64,000 nt of DNA from the NCBI GenBank assembly GCA_050014695.1, contig JBEKCV010000010.1, forward strand, positions 8,619 through 72,618, read 5' to 3'. This document shows positions 63,887-64,000 of this stretch, piece after piece. Numbering within the stretch: the stretch's first letter is position 1; every line of letters starts with the position of its first letter. The notes under the pieces are model-generated. The model did not search any database, had not been told where the DNA came from, and saw only the letters and a list, made by a program, of their open reading frames with translations. The position numbers and the translations under genes were made by a program. Origin of the DNA: Thermodesulfovibrionales bacterium. GTDB lineage: Bacteria > Nitrospirota > Thermodesulfovibrionia > Thermodesulfovibrionales > UBA9159.

Positions 63887-64000
63887 ATGAAAGTGATTCT
63901 GAAAGAAGAGGTAAAAAGTCTTGGAGCCATCGGCACCGTGGTGAATGTTGCTGACGGGTATGCGCGGAATTATCTGATACCCAAAAATCTTGCCGTGGAA
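63887..64000 (+). CDS. rplI: 50S ribosomal protein L9, N-terminal part (runs off the window)
   Basis: '[38 protein letters not shown]'. SD 'gaaggagg' lies 8 nt upstream. Confidence 0.9.
   Translation, partial: MKVILKEEVKSLGAIGTVVNVADGYARNYLIPKNLAVE

Noticed and set aside
1-64000. CRISPR arrays, IS elements, integrases, prophage or toxin-antitoxin/defence cassettes.
   Set aside because: Reading both strands, I found no regularly spaced short repeats, no transposase or recombinase motifs, and no terminal inverted repeats. The only tandem or direct repeats are those reported at 16916-16970 and 51832-51950.

Overview
This is a 64-kb chromosomal window from a diderm bacterium, shown by the Tol-Pal operon, LapB and a TonB-dependent receptor. 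It is rich in multihaem cytochromes, sigma54 regulation and two-component sensing, so the source is probably an anaerobe resembling Desulfobacterota or Nitrospirota. The taxon cannot be fixed from this sequence alone. I support about 65 protein genes and one tRNA-Leu(CAG). I recognised no rRNA, CRISPR array, transposase or integrase.

Housekeeping blocks:
- dinG(partial)-...-nadD-rsfS-lapB
- gpmA-pyk
- mtnA-polyprenyl synthase-AMMECR1
- moaAC fused downstream of tolQRAB-pal-cpoB
- truA
- rpsB-tsf-[411-nt insert]-pyrH-frr
- scpA and rplI(partial)

Observations worth a second look:
1. A minus-strand locus at 11.2-18.9 kb carries a TonB receptor, an 85-aa ORF preceded by a 16-bp direct repeat, a radical-SAM/SPASM enzyme with an N-terminal extension of the kind seen in RiPP-recognition elements, an orphan PF04392-type binding protein, a histidine kinase and a sigma54 activator. 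I read it as a candidate peptide-maturation and sensing system.
2. A DsbC-like oxidoreductase is split in the ORF track by an in-frame UGA that sits exactly on the first Cys of the CxxC motif (UPFC). A hairpin follows 15 nt downstream, so this is a probable selenoprotein.
3. A protein-only RNase P (HARP, Aq_880-like) is present.
4. A Cbc-like quinol:cytochrome module runs c3-type cytochrome, Tat FeS protein, NrfD, 13-haem cytochrome and cytochrome b. Two paralogous tail-charged mini membrane proteins precede it. A CxxCH-bearing NarX/NarL-type sensor pair and a NapH-like protein follow it.
5. A GC-rich, heavily self-complementary 411-nt non-coding insert lies between tsf and pyrH.
6. A higher-GC block at about 21.0-26.4 kb abuts the tRNA-Leu.
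7. A mosaic pseudogene joins a PRC-barrel fragment to a frameshifted Nramp C-terminus.

All homology statements come from reading motifs by eye. No searches were run.
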